64,000 nt of DNA from Candidatus Eiseniibacteriota bacterium (GTDB lineage Bacteria > Eisenbacteria > RBG-16-71-46 > CAVPCR01). Shown here piece after piece: positions 27,805 to 37,129 of this stretch. Made by a program: the position numbers and the translations under genes. Numbering within the stretch: position 1 is the first letter of the stretch; every line of letters starts with the position of its first letter. The stretch is taken from positions 576,001-640,000 of the forward strand of contig CAVPCR010000002.1 of the NCBI GenBank assembly GCA_963702435.1, written 5' to 3'. The notes under the pieces are model-generated. The model did not search any database. It worked only from the letters and a program-made list of their open reading frames with translations, and was not told where the DNA came from.

Positions 27805-30459
27805 TCAGCGCCGGCGCGCCAGCCGGAGGACGAGGAAGGCCGCCACGTACAGCACGGCGGCCAGGGCGACCGTCGCGCGGAAGCCGACCAGCATGGCGAG
27901 GAGCACGGAGAGGACCGACCCCACGACCGACGCGAAGCCGTTGGCGCCGAAAGCCCAGCCCACGAGGTCGGCCCGGCGTTCGGCGAGGATGCGCACGCCC
28001 GCAGGCAGGAACATGCCCATCCCGAATCCGGGGATCGCCACCCACAGCACGGCGGCCAGCGCCCGGATCGGCCACGGTCGCCCAAGCAGGAAGGCGAAGA
28101 CCGGGCTCGCGAGCATCGCTTCGAGGAGGAGAACCGCCGCCACGACAGCGATCGCCGCTCCCAATCGGCGCTCGCCGGACCCGACGACCGGGGCAGATGC
28201 GAGACTGCCCGCGCCTGCCGCAAGGAGGAGCGAAAAGAGGATGACCGACACCGCATACGTCGGATGGCCGAGGACGAGGGCGAACTGCTGCATGGCCGCA
28301 ATCTCGACCAGGATGAAGGCGAGGCCGAGGCCGACGAAGTAGACGACCGCAGCCACGTCGGCGCGGCTCGGCGGCACCCCGGCGGGGCTCGGCGCCGCAC
28401 TGCCTCCCCTGACCCGCCGCCGGCCAAGTACGAGCGGCAGCACGATCATGACCGCCGCCACCGCCCCGGTCACGAGGAGCACGGTCAGCAGGAGCGAGTG
28501 ACCCGACGGAGCGACGAGATCGTCGCGCGTCGTCGTCGTCCGGAACGGCGTCGCGTCGCGGAAACGACCGTACTGAAAGAAGAACGGCCGGTCGTCGTTC
28601 ACCGGATCGATGCGCAGCGGATACTCGTCGATGAAGCGCTCCGGATCGGGATCGGCGATGAACGCGGCGATCGGATTGCGGACCGGGGCGCCCGGCACGT
28701 AGATGAGCATCGCTTCGCTGTCGACCGCTGTGCGCACGAAGGCGAGCGCCTCCTCGGGCGTGAACGGCCGGGCGCCGACGATCACGGTCGCGTAGGCGCC
28801 GGAAGCGGCGACCAGGAAGTGGCGGGCCGGATCGGTCGCGCCGCGCGCGACCAGCGCCGCGCGCGCCACGGCGCAGAGGCGCAGCACCTCGCGCGGCGGC
28901 TCGTGCAGGAAGCGCGTCACGGCCACGGCGCCGCGCGGCGTCAGGCGATCCAGATAGTCGGTGAAGGCTTCGACCGTGTAGAGGTAACTCTCCGACAGGC
29001 TGTAGGCGCCGGCCGCGGTCGCCGCGAAGGTATCGATCAGGGACATCTGGATCAGGTCGTAACGGCGCGAACTCGCGCGCACGAAGCTCCTGCCCTCCCC
29101 GACCACCACGCGCACGCGCGGGTCGCCGTACACGTCACCCGACCAGTCGCGATAACGCTCGGTCATGAGCTGGTGCGTGACCGGGTTGATCTCGACCCCT
29201 TCGACGAAGCGGGCACCGGCGTGCAGCGCGGCGAGGACGTCGATCCCGCCGCCGACACCGATCACCAGCACCGACTCCGGCCGCACCACGACATGCGGCA
29301 GCGCGGAAGGGATCGAACCCAGGAAGTCGTATTCTGCGGCTTGTCGCTGAATGTTGAGGATGGGAGTCGCGGCGTCGCCGTCGTAGATGATCTGGTGCTC
29401 GGGCGGCGGCGCGCCGCCGCGCGCCGGGACGGTCCAGGTGACCGCGGTCGCGTCCTCGACCACGTCGACCCGCGCGAGCGGATGCCAGCACGTGAAGGCG
29501 AGCTGCGCGCGCGGGCTCGTCGCCGGATCGAGCCAGTCGCGGATCCCCTTGCTCGGCCCGAGGGGCGGCGCGAGCACGGTCGCGGCGAGCGGCACCAGGG
29601 CGAACGCGAGTACCGCCGCGATGAGAAAGCCGCGCCGGTGACTGGGGCGCGGGCCGACTGCGACCGGCGCCGGCATCGCCCGGCGTGCCGGATCCGCCGC
29701 CGCAGACGCCGCAGCCGCCGCACCCGCTGCCGCCCCCGCGGCACCAGCTGCCGCACCCGCTGCCGCCGCACCTCCCGCACTTCCCGCACCTCCCGCACCT
29801 CCCGCACTTCCCGCCGCAGCCGCCGCACCCGCTGCCGCCCCCGCGGCACCCGCCGCCGGCCCCGCGGCGCCCGCGAACGCCACGGCCGCCGCGGCACCGA
29901 GCGCCGCCGCGAGCGCCGCGAGCCGAGGCGCGCCGAGCGGCGCGAGCACGAGGAGCGGCAGGATGGCGCCGAGCGCCGCCCCGGCGAGATCCGCCCAGTA
30001 GAGCCGCCCGACGGCGCCCGCATACGACTGCAGGATGACCGCCACCGCGAAGCCGCCGCCCAGGAACGGCAGGGTGAGCGCGAGCACGTGCACGAGGAGG
30101 ATGAACGCCTGTCCCGGATCGCGGCCGAAGGCCAGCGGATCGAGCGGTATCGCACGCGTGAGGCCGAGAGCGACCCAGGTGCCGGCGGCGAAGAGGAGAG
30201 CGCCGGCGGCCGCAGCCAGCGGCTCGCGGCCCGCAAGGCGCGGCGCGAGAAGGCTCACCGCGACCCCGCTCGCGCCGAGGCCGAGCAGCGCGATTGCAAT
30301 CACGAAGAACGCGTAGTGGTACCAGATCGTGAACGAGAAGATGCGCGTGATCGTGACCTCGAGGGCGATCACGCCGAGCGAGAGGAGGAACATGCCGGCG
30401 AGCGCACCGCGCGGCGCCGGCTCCGGGCGGTGCTGCCGCCGGCGCTCGACGCCTCTCAT
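27805..30459 (-). CDS. Second polytopic membrane protein with SAM-dependent (spermidine-synthase-like) domain
   Basis: TRIFSFTIWYHY, VLVIGVGGGID, VEINP, EGRSF, YDLIQM, YLYTVEA, PVNDDRPFF, WAFGANG; Ala/Gly-rich repeat insert at about 29690-29880; ATGA overlap with the upstream gene. Confidence 0.85.
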   Translation of the reverse strand: MRGVERRRQHRPEPAPRGALAGMFLLSLGVIALEVTITRIFSFTIWYHYAFFVIAIALLGLGASGVAVSLLAPRLAGREPLAAAAGALLFAAGTWVALGLTRAIPLDPLAFGRDPGQAFILLVHVLALTLPFLGGGFAVAVILQSYAGAVGRLYWADLAGAALGAILPLLVLAPLGAPRLAALAAALGAAAAVAFAGAAGPAAGAAGAAAGAAAAAGSAGGAGGAGSAGGAAAAGAAAGAAGAAAGAAAAASAAADPARRAMPAPVAVGPRPSHRRGFLIAAVLAFALVPLAATVLAPPLGPSKGIRDWLDPATSPRAQLAFTCWHPLARVDVVEDATAVTWTVPARGGAPPPEHQIIYDGDAATPILNIQRQAAEYDFLGSIPSALPHVVVRPESVLVIGVGGGIDVLAALHAGARFVEGVEINPVTHQLMTERYRDWSGDVYGDPRVRVVVGEGRSFVRASSRRYDLIQMSLIDTFAATAAGAYSLSESYLYTVEAFTDYLDRLTPRGAVAVTRFLHEPPREVLRLCAVARAALVARGATDPARHFLVAASGAYATVIVGARPFTPEEALAFVRTAVDSEAMLIYVPGAPVRNPIAAFIADPDPERFIDEYPLRIDPVNDDRPFFFQYGRFRDATPFRTTTTRDDLVAPSGHSLLLTVLLVTGAVAAVMIVLPLVLGRRRVRGGSAAPSPAGVPPSRADVAAVVYFVGLGLAFILVEIAAMQQFALVLGHPTYAVSVILFSLLLAAGAGSLASAPVVGSGERRLGAAIAVVAAVLLLEAMLASPVFAFLLGRPWPIRALAAVLWVAIPGFGMGMFLPAGVRILAERRADLVGWAFGANGFASVVGSVLSVLLAMLVGFRATVALAAVLYVAAFLVLRLARRR

Positions 30460-33026
30460 GCCGCCTCGCCCCACTTCCCGAAGAGCCCGCTGCCCAGCAG
30501 GCCGAACAGCCCGATGGCCGTCATCCCCACCCCGAGGACGAGCCCGCGCCCGCGGTAGCGGAGCCGCACCTCGTGGCGCCCCGCGTCCACCGGCACCGCC
30601 TGGAAGCTCAGGTCGGCGCAATAGACCGGCGCCGGCTTGCCGTCCACCGTCGCGCTCCAGCCCGGGTCGAAGGACTCGGCGATCCGCACGCAGCCCGGGA
30701 CCGGCGTCTCGACGACGAGAACCAGCTCCGAGTCGGAACGGCGCGCGATACCGACGCGCTCATCCACCCCGCTCCGCGCCTGTCCATCGATTCCTGCGAT
30801 GGGCGAGTCGAGCTCGGCGAGGATCACCGTCTCGCGCGACGGATCGAAGTCGGGAGACCTGAGCCGCGCCACCGCTGCCGCGGGCAGCGCCGCCCGCACC
30901 GCACGCGGCACGAACCAGACGTGGGGCCGCGGCGCCGAGAGCGCATAGCTGAAGACGGGCGGCCGTGCGGCGAGCGGCGTGAGCTCCGGAGCGGAGAGCG
31001 GCCACAGGGAGAAGATGGTCCGGACCTCGGCCAGCCGCGCGAGCGTGAAGAAGAGCGGGCTCAGGGTGACCTGCCCGGCGTCAACGCGGAAGCTCGATGC
31101 GAACAGCCCGGGCGCGTAATGATCGCCCCACAGGCGTGCGATCGCCGCCGGCACCGGGTTCGCATAGCCGTCGGCCGCGTGCACGCCGAAGTGCAGGTTC
31201 AGGCTCGGCTGCAGGAAGCGGCGCTGGACGACGAGCGGCGCCACGTCGGCCCAGCCGCGCGCCCGCTCGTAGGCGAAGACATGGGCCTCGCGGGCGCCGA
31301 GGGTCAGGTAGCGGGCGCCGGAGGGAATGTCGCCGACCGTGGCCGGCGGTTCGAACCAGGCGGCGCGCGATGCGTAGCCGTTGAGCGGCCGCTGCGCCCA
31401 GACGAGATCGAGAACGAGGAGCACGGCGACGGCGAGCGGCAGCCGGGCGATGAGCCCGCGGTTCCCGCGCGCGGCGAGCGCCGTCACGATCCAGGCGAGG
31501 CCGTGCGCGGCGAGCACCGCGACCGCGAGCTCGGTCACGACGAGAAAGCGCGCCGGGAAGCGGAACCAGCCGAGACCGGGGAGCACGGCGACCGCCAGCG
31601 AGTAGAGGCCGCCGCGCGCGCCGAGCGCGAGCACGAGCGCAACGACTCCGCCGAGCGCGAACACGCGCACGCTGCGCCGCCGGAAGCGGGCGAGTAGTCC
31701 GACGAGCGCGAGCGGCACCGCCGCGAGCCCCTGATACGAGTAGTCCTCCCAGTGGAGCCCGCGCCCGCGATAGCTGCCGTCGCCAGGCATGCCCACCGCG
31801 CGCGGATGGAGCCAGGTCGCGAGGTTCTGCGGCTCGAGCGGGATCTGCTCGGCGAACTCGCGCCCCGAGAGCTCGGCGCGCACGGAGTTCCGCGCCATGA
31901 TGTAGCTCGGCACATGCGCGACCGCCCCCACCAGATGTCCCGCGAGGAGCGCACCGCCGAGCACGAACGCGGCGCGCAACCAGCCGGGCGTGCCGCCCGC
32001 ACGCCGCGCCACGCCCGCCCGCCGCGCCGCGCCCGCTGCGCCCGCTGCGCCCGCCGCGCCCTTCCCGCGCAGCTCTGCGGCCGGCTCGTTCCCGGGCAGC
32101 ACGCTCGCGAACAGCCAGAAGCCGAACGTGGCGAGGAGCCCGATGTAAGCGAGCTGCGGGTGGCCCGCAAGGCCCGTCATGGCGGCGGCGAGCCCGGTGC
32201 GGAGGAACGACATGCGATCGCGACCGCGGCTGGCCGCGATGTCGACGGCACCGCCCACGAGCCAGGGCAGCCAGGCGGCGGCCGACACCATCGCCACGTG
32301 CTTGAGATGCGCCAGCATGAAGCCGCCGGCGGCAAAGGAGAGCGCGGCGAAGAATTGCGCCGGCGGCGGCATCCGTTCGTGGCGCAGGAGATGGAGGACG
32401 CCGAGCCCGCCGAGAACGAGGTGCAGGAAGAGGCTCAGATGGACGGCGGCGGCCGCGCTCCCGGTCAGGGCCAGGAGCCAGTTCGGCGGGTAGTAGAAGC
32501 CGGCCTCGGGGGCGGCGTGGAGCGGAAAGCCCGAGTAGATGCCGGGGCACCAGAAGAGCGACGCGTTCCCGGCGAGCGCACGCTGGAGCACGGAATGAAA
32601 CGGGAGGCCGGCCATCGTCACGTCGCTCACGAAACCGTCGTCGGTGACGAGCACGCGGTCGGGAGCGAGGAGCGGCCAGGTCACGACCGCGAGCGCGCAG
32701 ACGAGCGCGAAGAAGGCGAGGGCGCTCGGGCGGCGGGCGCGCGCGAGGTCGATCTTCAACCCGTGCGGCGAACCGCCCGCCCGGTCGGCGCCTGCGTTCG
32801 TCGCGGCTGCCGTTTCGGCGCCCACTCCCGCGGCCGCGTCCGCGGCCGAGTCGCCCCCTCCGGCGGCAGCTCCCGCAGCGGGCCCGAGCCCGGCGGAAAC
32901 TCCCTCGCGGGCGGAGGCGCGGTCTCGGCTCTTCGACTTGCCCAATCGATTCCCTCGCCGGACGTGGGTGACTTGGGTGACGCGATCGAAAGCAAGCGGC
33001 GCGAAGCCGCGCCATGATAGCATCAC
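30456..33026 (-). CDS. YfhO-family (GT-C type) membrane glycosyltransferase
   Basis: FWCPGIYSGFP...YYPP, AWLPW, GHPQ, FRFPARF, C-terminal ESFDPGWSATVDG...AVPVDAGRHEVRLRY; true start may be downstream of 33026. Confidence 0.82.
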   Translation of the reverse strand: MMLSWRGFAPLAFDRVTQVTHVRRGNRLGKSKSRDRASAREGVSAGLGPAAGAAAGGGDSAADAAAGVGAETAAATNAGADRAGGSPHGLKIDLARARRPSALAFFALVCALAVVTWPLLAPDRVLVTDDGFVSDVTMAGLPFHSVLQRALAGNASLFWCPGIYSGFPLHAAPEAGFYYPPNWLLALTGSAAAAVHLSLFLHLVLGGLGVLHLLRHERMPPPAQFFAALSFAAGGFMLAHLKHVAMVSAAAWLPWLVGGAVDIAASRGRDRMSFLRTGLAAAMTGLAGHPQLAYIGLLATFGFWLFASVLPGNEPAAELRGKGAAGAAGAAGAARRAGVARRAGGTPGWLRAAFVLGGALLAGHLVGAVAHVPSYIMARNSVRAELSGREFAEQIPLEPQNLATWLHPRAVGMPGDGSYRGRGLHWEDYSYQGLAAVPLALVGLLARFRRRSVRVFALGGVVALVLALGARGGLYSLAVAVLPGLGWFRFPARFLVVTELAVAVLAAHGLAWIVTALAARGNRGLIARLPLAVAVLLVLDLVWAQRPLNGYASRAAWFEPPATVGDIPSGARYLTLGAREAHVFAYERARGWADVAPLVVQRRFLQPSLNLHFGVHAADGYANPVPAAIARLWGDHYAPGLFASSFRVDAGQVTLSPLFFTLARLAEVRTIFSLWPLSAPELTPLAARPPVFSYALSAPRPHVWFVPRAVRAALPAAAVARLRSPDFDPSRETVILAELDSPIAGIDGQARSGVDERVGIARRSDSELVLVVETPVPGCVRIAESFDPGWSATVDGKPAPVYCADLSFQAVPVDAGRHEVRLRYRGRGLVLGVGMTAIGLFGLLGSGLFGKWGEAA

Positions 33027-33757
33027 CGCCCGTGGACGCCACCCGCCAGCGCTACCTCAAGACCTACTGGGAGCGGCAGCTCGACCTGATCGACGCCATG
33101 CTCGCTCCGCACCGGCGCCCCGACGCGGTCCTCCTCGACGTGGGCTGCGGCATCGGCCGGAACGCCGCGCGCTTCGCCGCGGGGTTCGGGCGCTACATCG
33201 GCCTGAACCTCGATGCCGAGGAGCTGGTGACCGCCCGCGACCGGAACCCCGATCGGCGCTTCGAGTTCGTACGCGGCGACGCCATGGACATGGCGGCGAT
33301 CCCGGACGCGAGCGCCGACGCAGCGCTCCTCATCTTCGTCCTCGAGCACATCGCCGACCCGCCGCGGCTGTTCGCCGAGCTGGCGCGCGTGCTCGCGCCC
33401 GGCGGCGGTGCGGTCTTGGTCGCCCCGAATCTCTGGAACGTGAACTCGCTCGTGATCCGCGCCCTGCCTGCCGGTGCGCGGCTCGCGATCAAGCGCGTCC
33501 TGACCGGCAAGGACGAGCCGCCCGACTACCCCATCTACTATCGCTGCAACACGGTCGCGCACATGGACCGGGTCGCCGCAGCGCATGGCTTTGCCCGCGA
33601 GCGGCTCGAGATGCTGACGAGCCTCGGTTACTTCTTCCGCTTCCCGGGCTTCTATGCCTGGCACCGGCTCACCGATCTCGTGACCGCGCTCCCGGGGCTC
33701 CGCCGCGGTCGCGAGTTCATCTTCGTCTCGTACCGGAAGATGGATCGCATGTCATGA
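33014..33757 (+). CDS. Class I SAM-dependent methyltransferase
   Basis: LLDVGCGIG, GDA, VLEHIADP, RVLAPGG. Confidence 0.88.
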   Translation: MIASPPVDATRQRYLKTYWERQLDLIDAMLAPHRRPDAVLLDVGCGIGRNAARFAAGFGRYIGLNLDAEELVTARDRNPDRRFEFVRGDAMDMAAIPDASADAALLIFVLEHIADPPRLFAELARVLAPGGGAVLVAPNLWNVNSLVIRALPAGARLAIKRVLTGKDEPPDYPIYYRCNTVAHMDRVAAAHGFARERLEMLTSLGYFFRFPGFYAWHRLTDLVTALPGLRRGREFIFVSYRKMDRMS

Positions 33758-34110
33758 AGCGTCCCGGCTCCGATATCGATCCGCTCCTCGCCGCCGAGCT
33801 CGCGCGCGCCGCGCCCGGCGAGCGGGTGGAGGCGCTTCTCCTCGTCCGCGGCGATGCGCGGGCGAGCCTGGCCGACGCGCAGGCGGACTTCCCCCGCCCC
33901 ACCATGCCCCGCCCCACCATGCCCCGCCCCGCCGTCGCCTTCCCCGCCTTCGTCCGCGCCGCGCTGGGCGCGACCGCGCCCGCCGCCGTCGAGATCCGCC
34001 CCTTCCCCGCCCTCGGCGCGGTCTACGTCGCCGGACCAGTCGAGTTCATGCGGCGCCTCCTCGCCGCGCCGGAGATCGCCTCCGCCACCCTCCCCGACGC
34101 CAGCGAGTGA
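33754..34110 (+). CDS. Small protein resembling a stand-alone subtilase propeptide (I9-like)
   Basis: ATGA overlap with the methyltransferase; IDPLLAAEL..RVEALLLV...IRPFPALGAVYVAGP..FMRRLLAAPEIASA pattern. Confidence 0.55.
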   Translation: MKRPGSDIDPLLAAELARAAPGERVEALLLVRGDARASLADAQADFPRPTMPRPTMPRPAVAFPAFVRAALGATAPAAVEIRPFPALGAVYVAGPVEFMRRLLAAPEIASATLPDASE

Positions 34111-34229
34111 AACCGACCGCCCCGTGCTAGACTGCCGGCGGTGCGATGCTCGGGTATCTCCCGACTCGGGCAGCAGACCGGACCGGCCAATCCTGGTCAG
34201 CGCAAGGGGACCTACCTCGGGAAGGGCTC

Positions 34230-34718
34230 ATGGACACGCATCTTCTTCTCGCCGCTGCCATCTTGCTCCTCCTCGTCGTGCAAGCGCTCGCGCTCGTCGT
34301 CGCCGTGCGCATCCTCGGAAGGACGATGGGACAGGTTGTGATCACGCTCACGCAGCTGAGAGATGAGGTTACGGCGACGCTCCACCAGACGCGCGCGACG
34401 CTCGACCGCGTGGAGAAGCTCGCGCGCTCCTCCGACCAGATGGTCACCTCCGAACTCACGCCCGCGCTCGCCGCGGCCCGCTCGATGATCGGCGAGGTCG
34501 AAAGCTCGGCGCGCGATATCCGCGCGGGCGTGGACGGTATCCAGAACACCGTCCGCTCGGTGACCTCGGCGGGAGGATCGAGTGTGCTTTCTTTCGTGGC
34601 ACAGACGCTGTTCAAGAAAAGTGGTAAACTAGGAATGCTGGCTATAGGCCTTGGCGCGGCCATGCGGGCCCTCACGGCCCCCTCGCGCCGCCAGGCCAGG
34701 GCCAAGAAGGGGAGGTGA
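34230..34718 (+). CDS. DUF948/YoxC-like membrane-anchored coiled-coil protein
   Basis: N-terminal TM helix and helical body; adjacent to the YtxH-domain gene. Confidence 0.6.
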   Translation: MDTHLLLAAAILLLLVVQALALVVAVRILGRTMGQVVITLTQLRDEVTATLHQTRATLDRVEKLARSSDQMVTSELTPALAAARSMIGEVESSARDIRAGVDGIQNTVRSVTSAGGSSVLSFVAQTLFKKSGKLGMLAIGLGAAMRALTAPSRRQARAKKGR

Positions 34719-34721
34719 CCC

Positions 34722-35003
34722 ATGGGACAAGACGATCGTGACCGGAACCTTATCGTGACCGTGCTCGCCGGCGTCGGCCTCGGCGCCATCATCGGCGCCA
34801 TCGCCGGCATCCTGTTCGCCCCGCGCTCGGGCGCCGAGACGCGGGAGAAGCTCGGCGTGACGATCGAGGGCCTCGGCACCCGACTCGGCGATCTCTCCGA
34901 AGATGTGGGGACGCGCGTGCGCTCGGCCGTCAAGGCCGGTCGGGCCGCCGTGGCCGGGGATTCGTCGGGAGCGGAAGAGGGCGGCGATCGGATGGGCGCC
35001 TAG
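34722..35003 (+). CDS. YtxH domain-containing protein
   Basis: GAIIGAIAGILFAPRSGAETREKL; GGAGG RBS. Confidence 0.85.
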   Translation: MGQDDRDRNLIVTVLAGVGLGAIIGAIAGILFAPRSGAETREKLGVTIEGLGTRLGDLSEDVGTRVRSAVKAGRAAVAGDSSGAEEGGDRMGA

Positions 35004-35043
35004 CGCTCAGCCTCGGCGTCGTAGGCCGACGACTTACGATCCG

Positions 35044-35087
35044 AAAACGCAAGGCTCCGTGCGGGGAGAACCCGCCCGGAGCCTTGC
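35044..35087 (-). terminator. Intrinsic terminator downstream of pilB
   Basis: Stem GCAAGGCTCCG/CGGAGCCTTGC with inner GCGGG/CCCGC, followed by GTTTT on the minus strand; lies between convergent genes. Confidence 0.7.
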
Positions 35088-35165
35088 CATTCCCATCGCC
35101 GTGGGTCGTGGTAGCCGGCCCGCCCACCGACGCCCCGCCGGGGTCGCGGCCGCCCGTCGCCCGCG

Positions 35166-36854
35166 CTAGCCGCGGTCGGCCGCCGTCTCCTTCAGCACCT
35201 CGCCCGCGCTCGTGGTGCCGCTTCGCACCTTGAGCACGCCGTCCATGCGCAACGTGAGCATCCCCTCGTCGACCGCCTGCTTCTTGACCTGTGACGCCGG
35301 CGCCCGATCGAGGATCAGGTCGCGCACCGCGGGCGAGATAGGCAGCACCTCGTAGAGGCCCTGCCGCCCGCGGAAGCCGGTGTTGGCGCAGTCGACGCAG
35401 CCGTGCGGCTCGTACACCTGGATCGGTTCCACGTCCGGGATGCCGAGCTCGCGCATGGCCTCCTCGTGGAGCATGACCTCCTTCTTGCAGTTCCCGCACA
35501 GCCGGCGCACCAGACGCTGGGCCACGATGACGTTGGTCGAGGCGCTGACCAGGAAGGGCTCGACCCCCATGTCGATGAGACGGCTGACCGTGGCCGGCGC
35601 GTCGTTCGTGTGCAGCGTCGAGAGCACGAGGTGGCCGGTGAGGGCCGCCTTGATCGCGATCGACGCCGTCTCCAGGTCGCGGATCTCGCCGACCATGATG
35701 ATGTTCGGGTCCTGGCGCAGGAAAGCGCGGAGCGCGGCCGCGAAGGTGAGGCCGATCTCGTCGTTGATCTGGACCTGGTTGATGCCCTCGATGTTGTACT
35801 CGACCGGATCTTCCGCCGTCATGATGTTGGTGCCAACCACGCTGATGCGGGAGAGCGCCGAGTAGAGCGTGGTCGTCTTGCCGCTCCCGGTCGGGCCGGT
35901 CACCAGCACCATGCCGTAGGGCTGGTCGATGGCGTGGAGCAGGTCCTTGAACGCCTTCTCGGTCAGACCGAACTGGGTGAGGTCGATGCGCAGGTTGCTC
36001 TTGTCGAGGATGCGCATGACCACCTTCTCGCCGAAGATGGTGGGCAGCGACGACACGCGCAGGTCAATCGTCTTCTCCATGATCTTGATCTTGATGCGCC
36101 CGTCCTGCGGGACGCGTCGCTCGGCGATGTTGAGCTCAGACATGATCTTGATGCGCGAGATGATGGCCGCCTTCATCCGGAACGGAGGCGACATCACCTC
36201 GTAGAGCGTGCCGTCGATGCGGTAGCGCACGCGCATGTGCTTCTCGTACGGCTCGATGTGGATGTCGGAGGCGCCCTTGCGTACGGCGTCGGCGAGCAGC
36301 GAGTTGACGAGCTTGACGACCGGGGCGGACTCGTCGCCCACCTCGCTCACGTCCATGTCCTCGTCGGACTGCTCGACGACCTCGAGCTCGTCGAGGCCCT
36401 GCATGTCCTGCATCACGCGCGCCATCGAGTCCGCCTGGTCGTAGTGGCGGTCGATCAGGCGCTTGATCGCGCTCTCCGCGGCGACCACCGGCTCCACCTC
36501 GCAGCCAGAGATGAACTTGATGTCGTCGATCGCGAAGATGTTGCCGGGATCGGCCATCGCTACCTGCAGGCGGCGGCCGTCCCGGCGGACCGGGAGAACC
36601 TGGAACTTGGTGGCGATGTCCTGCGGGATGAGTCGGATCGCCTCGGGGTCGACCGCGGTGTCGGCGAGGTTGATGCCCGGCACCTTGTAGATCCCGGCCA
36701 GCGCCTGCGTGAGCGCGTCCTCGGAGAGGATCCCGAGCTTGACCAAGTTCATGTTGAGGCTCCCGCCATGCACCTTCTGCTGGCGGGAGACGCGCTCGAG
36801 CGTGACCTCGTCGATGATTCCGACCTCGACGAGTTTCTGGCCGATGTCCTTCAC
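35166..36854 (-). CDS. pilB: Type IV pilus assembly ATPase
   Basis: MshEN/GspE-N-like start (IGQKLVEVGII), ASDIHIEP, ERRVPQDG, GPTGSGKTT, TAEDPVEY, LRQDPNIIMVGEIRD, CGNC/CVDC zinc motif; GTG start inferred. Confidence 0.96.
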   Translation of the reverse strand: MKDIGQKLVEVGIIDEVTLERVSRQQKVHGGSLNMNLVKLGILSEDALTQALAGIYKVPGINLADTAVDPEAIRLIPQDIATKFQVLPVRRDGRRLQVAMADPGNIFAIDDIKFISGCEVEPVVAAESAIKRLIDRHYDQADSMARVMQDMQGLDELEVVEQSDEDMDVSEVGDESAPVVKLVNSLLADAVRKGASDIHIEPYEKHMRVRYRIDGTLYEVMSPPFRMKAAIISRIKIMSELNIAERRVPQDGRIKIKIMEKTIDLRVSSLPTIFGEKVVMRILDKSNLRIDLTQFGLTEKAFKDLLHAIDQPYGMVLVTGPTGSGKTTTLYSALSRISVVGTNIMTAEDPVEYNIEGINQVQINDEIGLTFAAALRAFLRQDPNIIMVGEIRDLETASIAIKAALTGHLVLSTLHTNDAPATVSRLIDMGVEPFLVSASTNVIVAQRLVRRLCGNCKKEVMLHEEAMRELGIPDVEPIQVYEPHGCVDCANTGFRGRQGLYEVLPISPAVRDLILDRAPASQVKKQAVDEGMLTLRMDGVLKVRSGTTSAGEVLKETAADRG

Positions 36855-36979
36855 TATGCTCTCCGACTCGGGCGACGACACATCCGGGAGTGGGCAGCGG
36901 CGGACCGGCGCCTGGGGGCGGCCCACCCAGCGGCATCCTGCAAGCGGCCGCATGCGGCCCACAGGTCCGTTCAGCGGGG

Positions 36980-36995
36980 GGCAAGATCCGTGCCC
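36980..36995 (-). promoter_or_regulatory. Sigma-54 -24/-12 promoter upstream of pilB
   Basis: Minus strand GGGCAC-GGATC-TTGCC, about 125 bp upstream of pilB. Confidence 0.78.
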
Positions 36996-37129
36996 CGCCG
37001 GCCACCGAAAAGTCGCCGAGCCCCCGGTCCAAGTCGCGTCGTGACATGGAGCTTCGCGGGCGCTCGGAGCGTTACCTGCGCTGCATCGAGATCGATCAGG
37101 GGGCCGTGCGCTGTGCACGCCTCCCCTCT

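Noticed and set aside
23681..30459. Calling the two membrane SAM-domain genes speE
   Set aside because: They lack the GGGDG and DxxDP aminopropyltransferase motifs, so the function is left open
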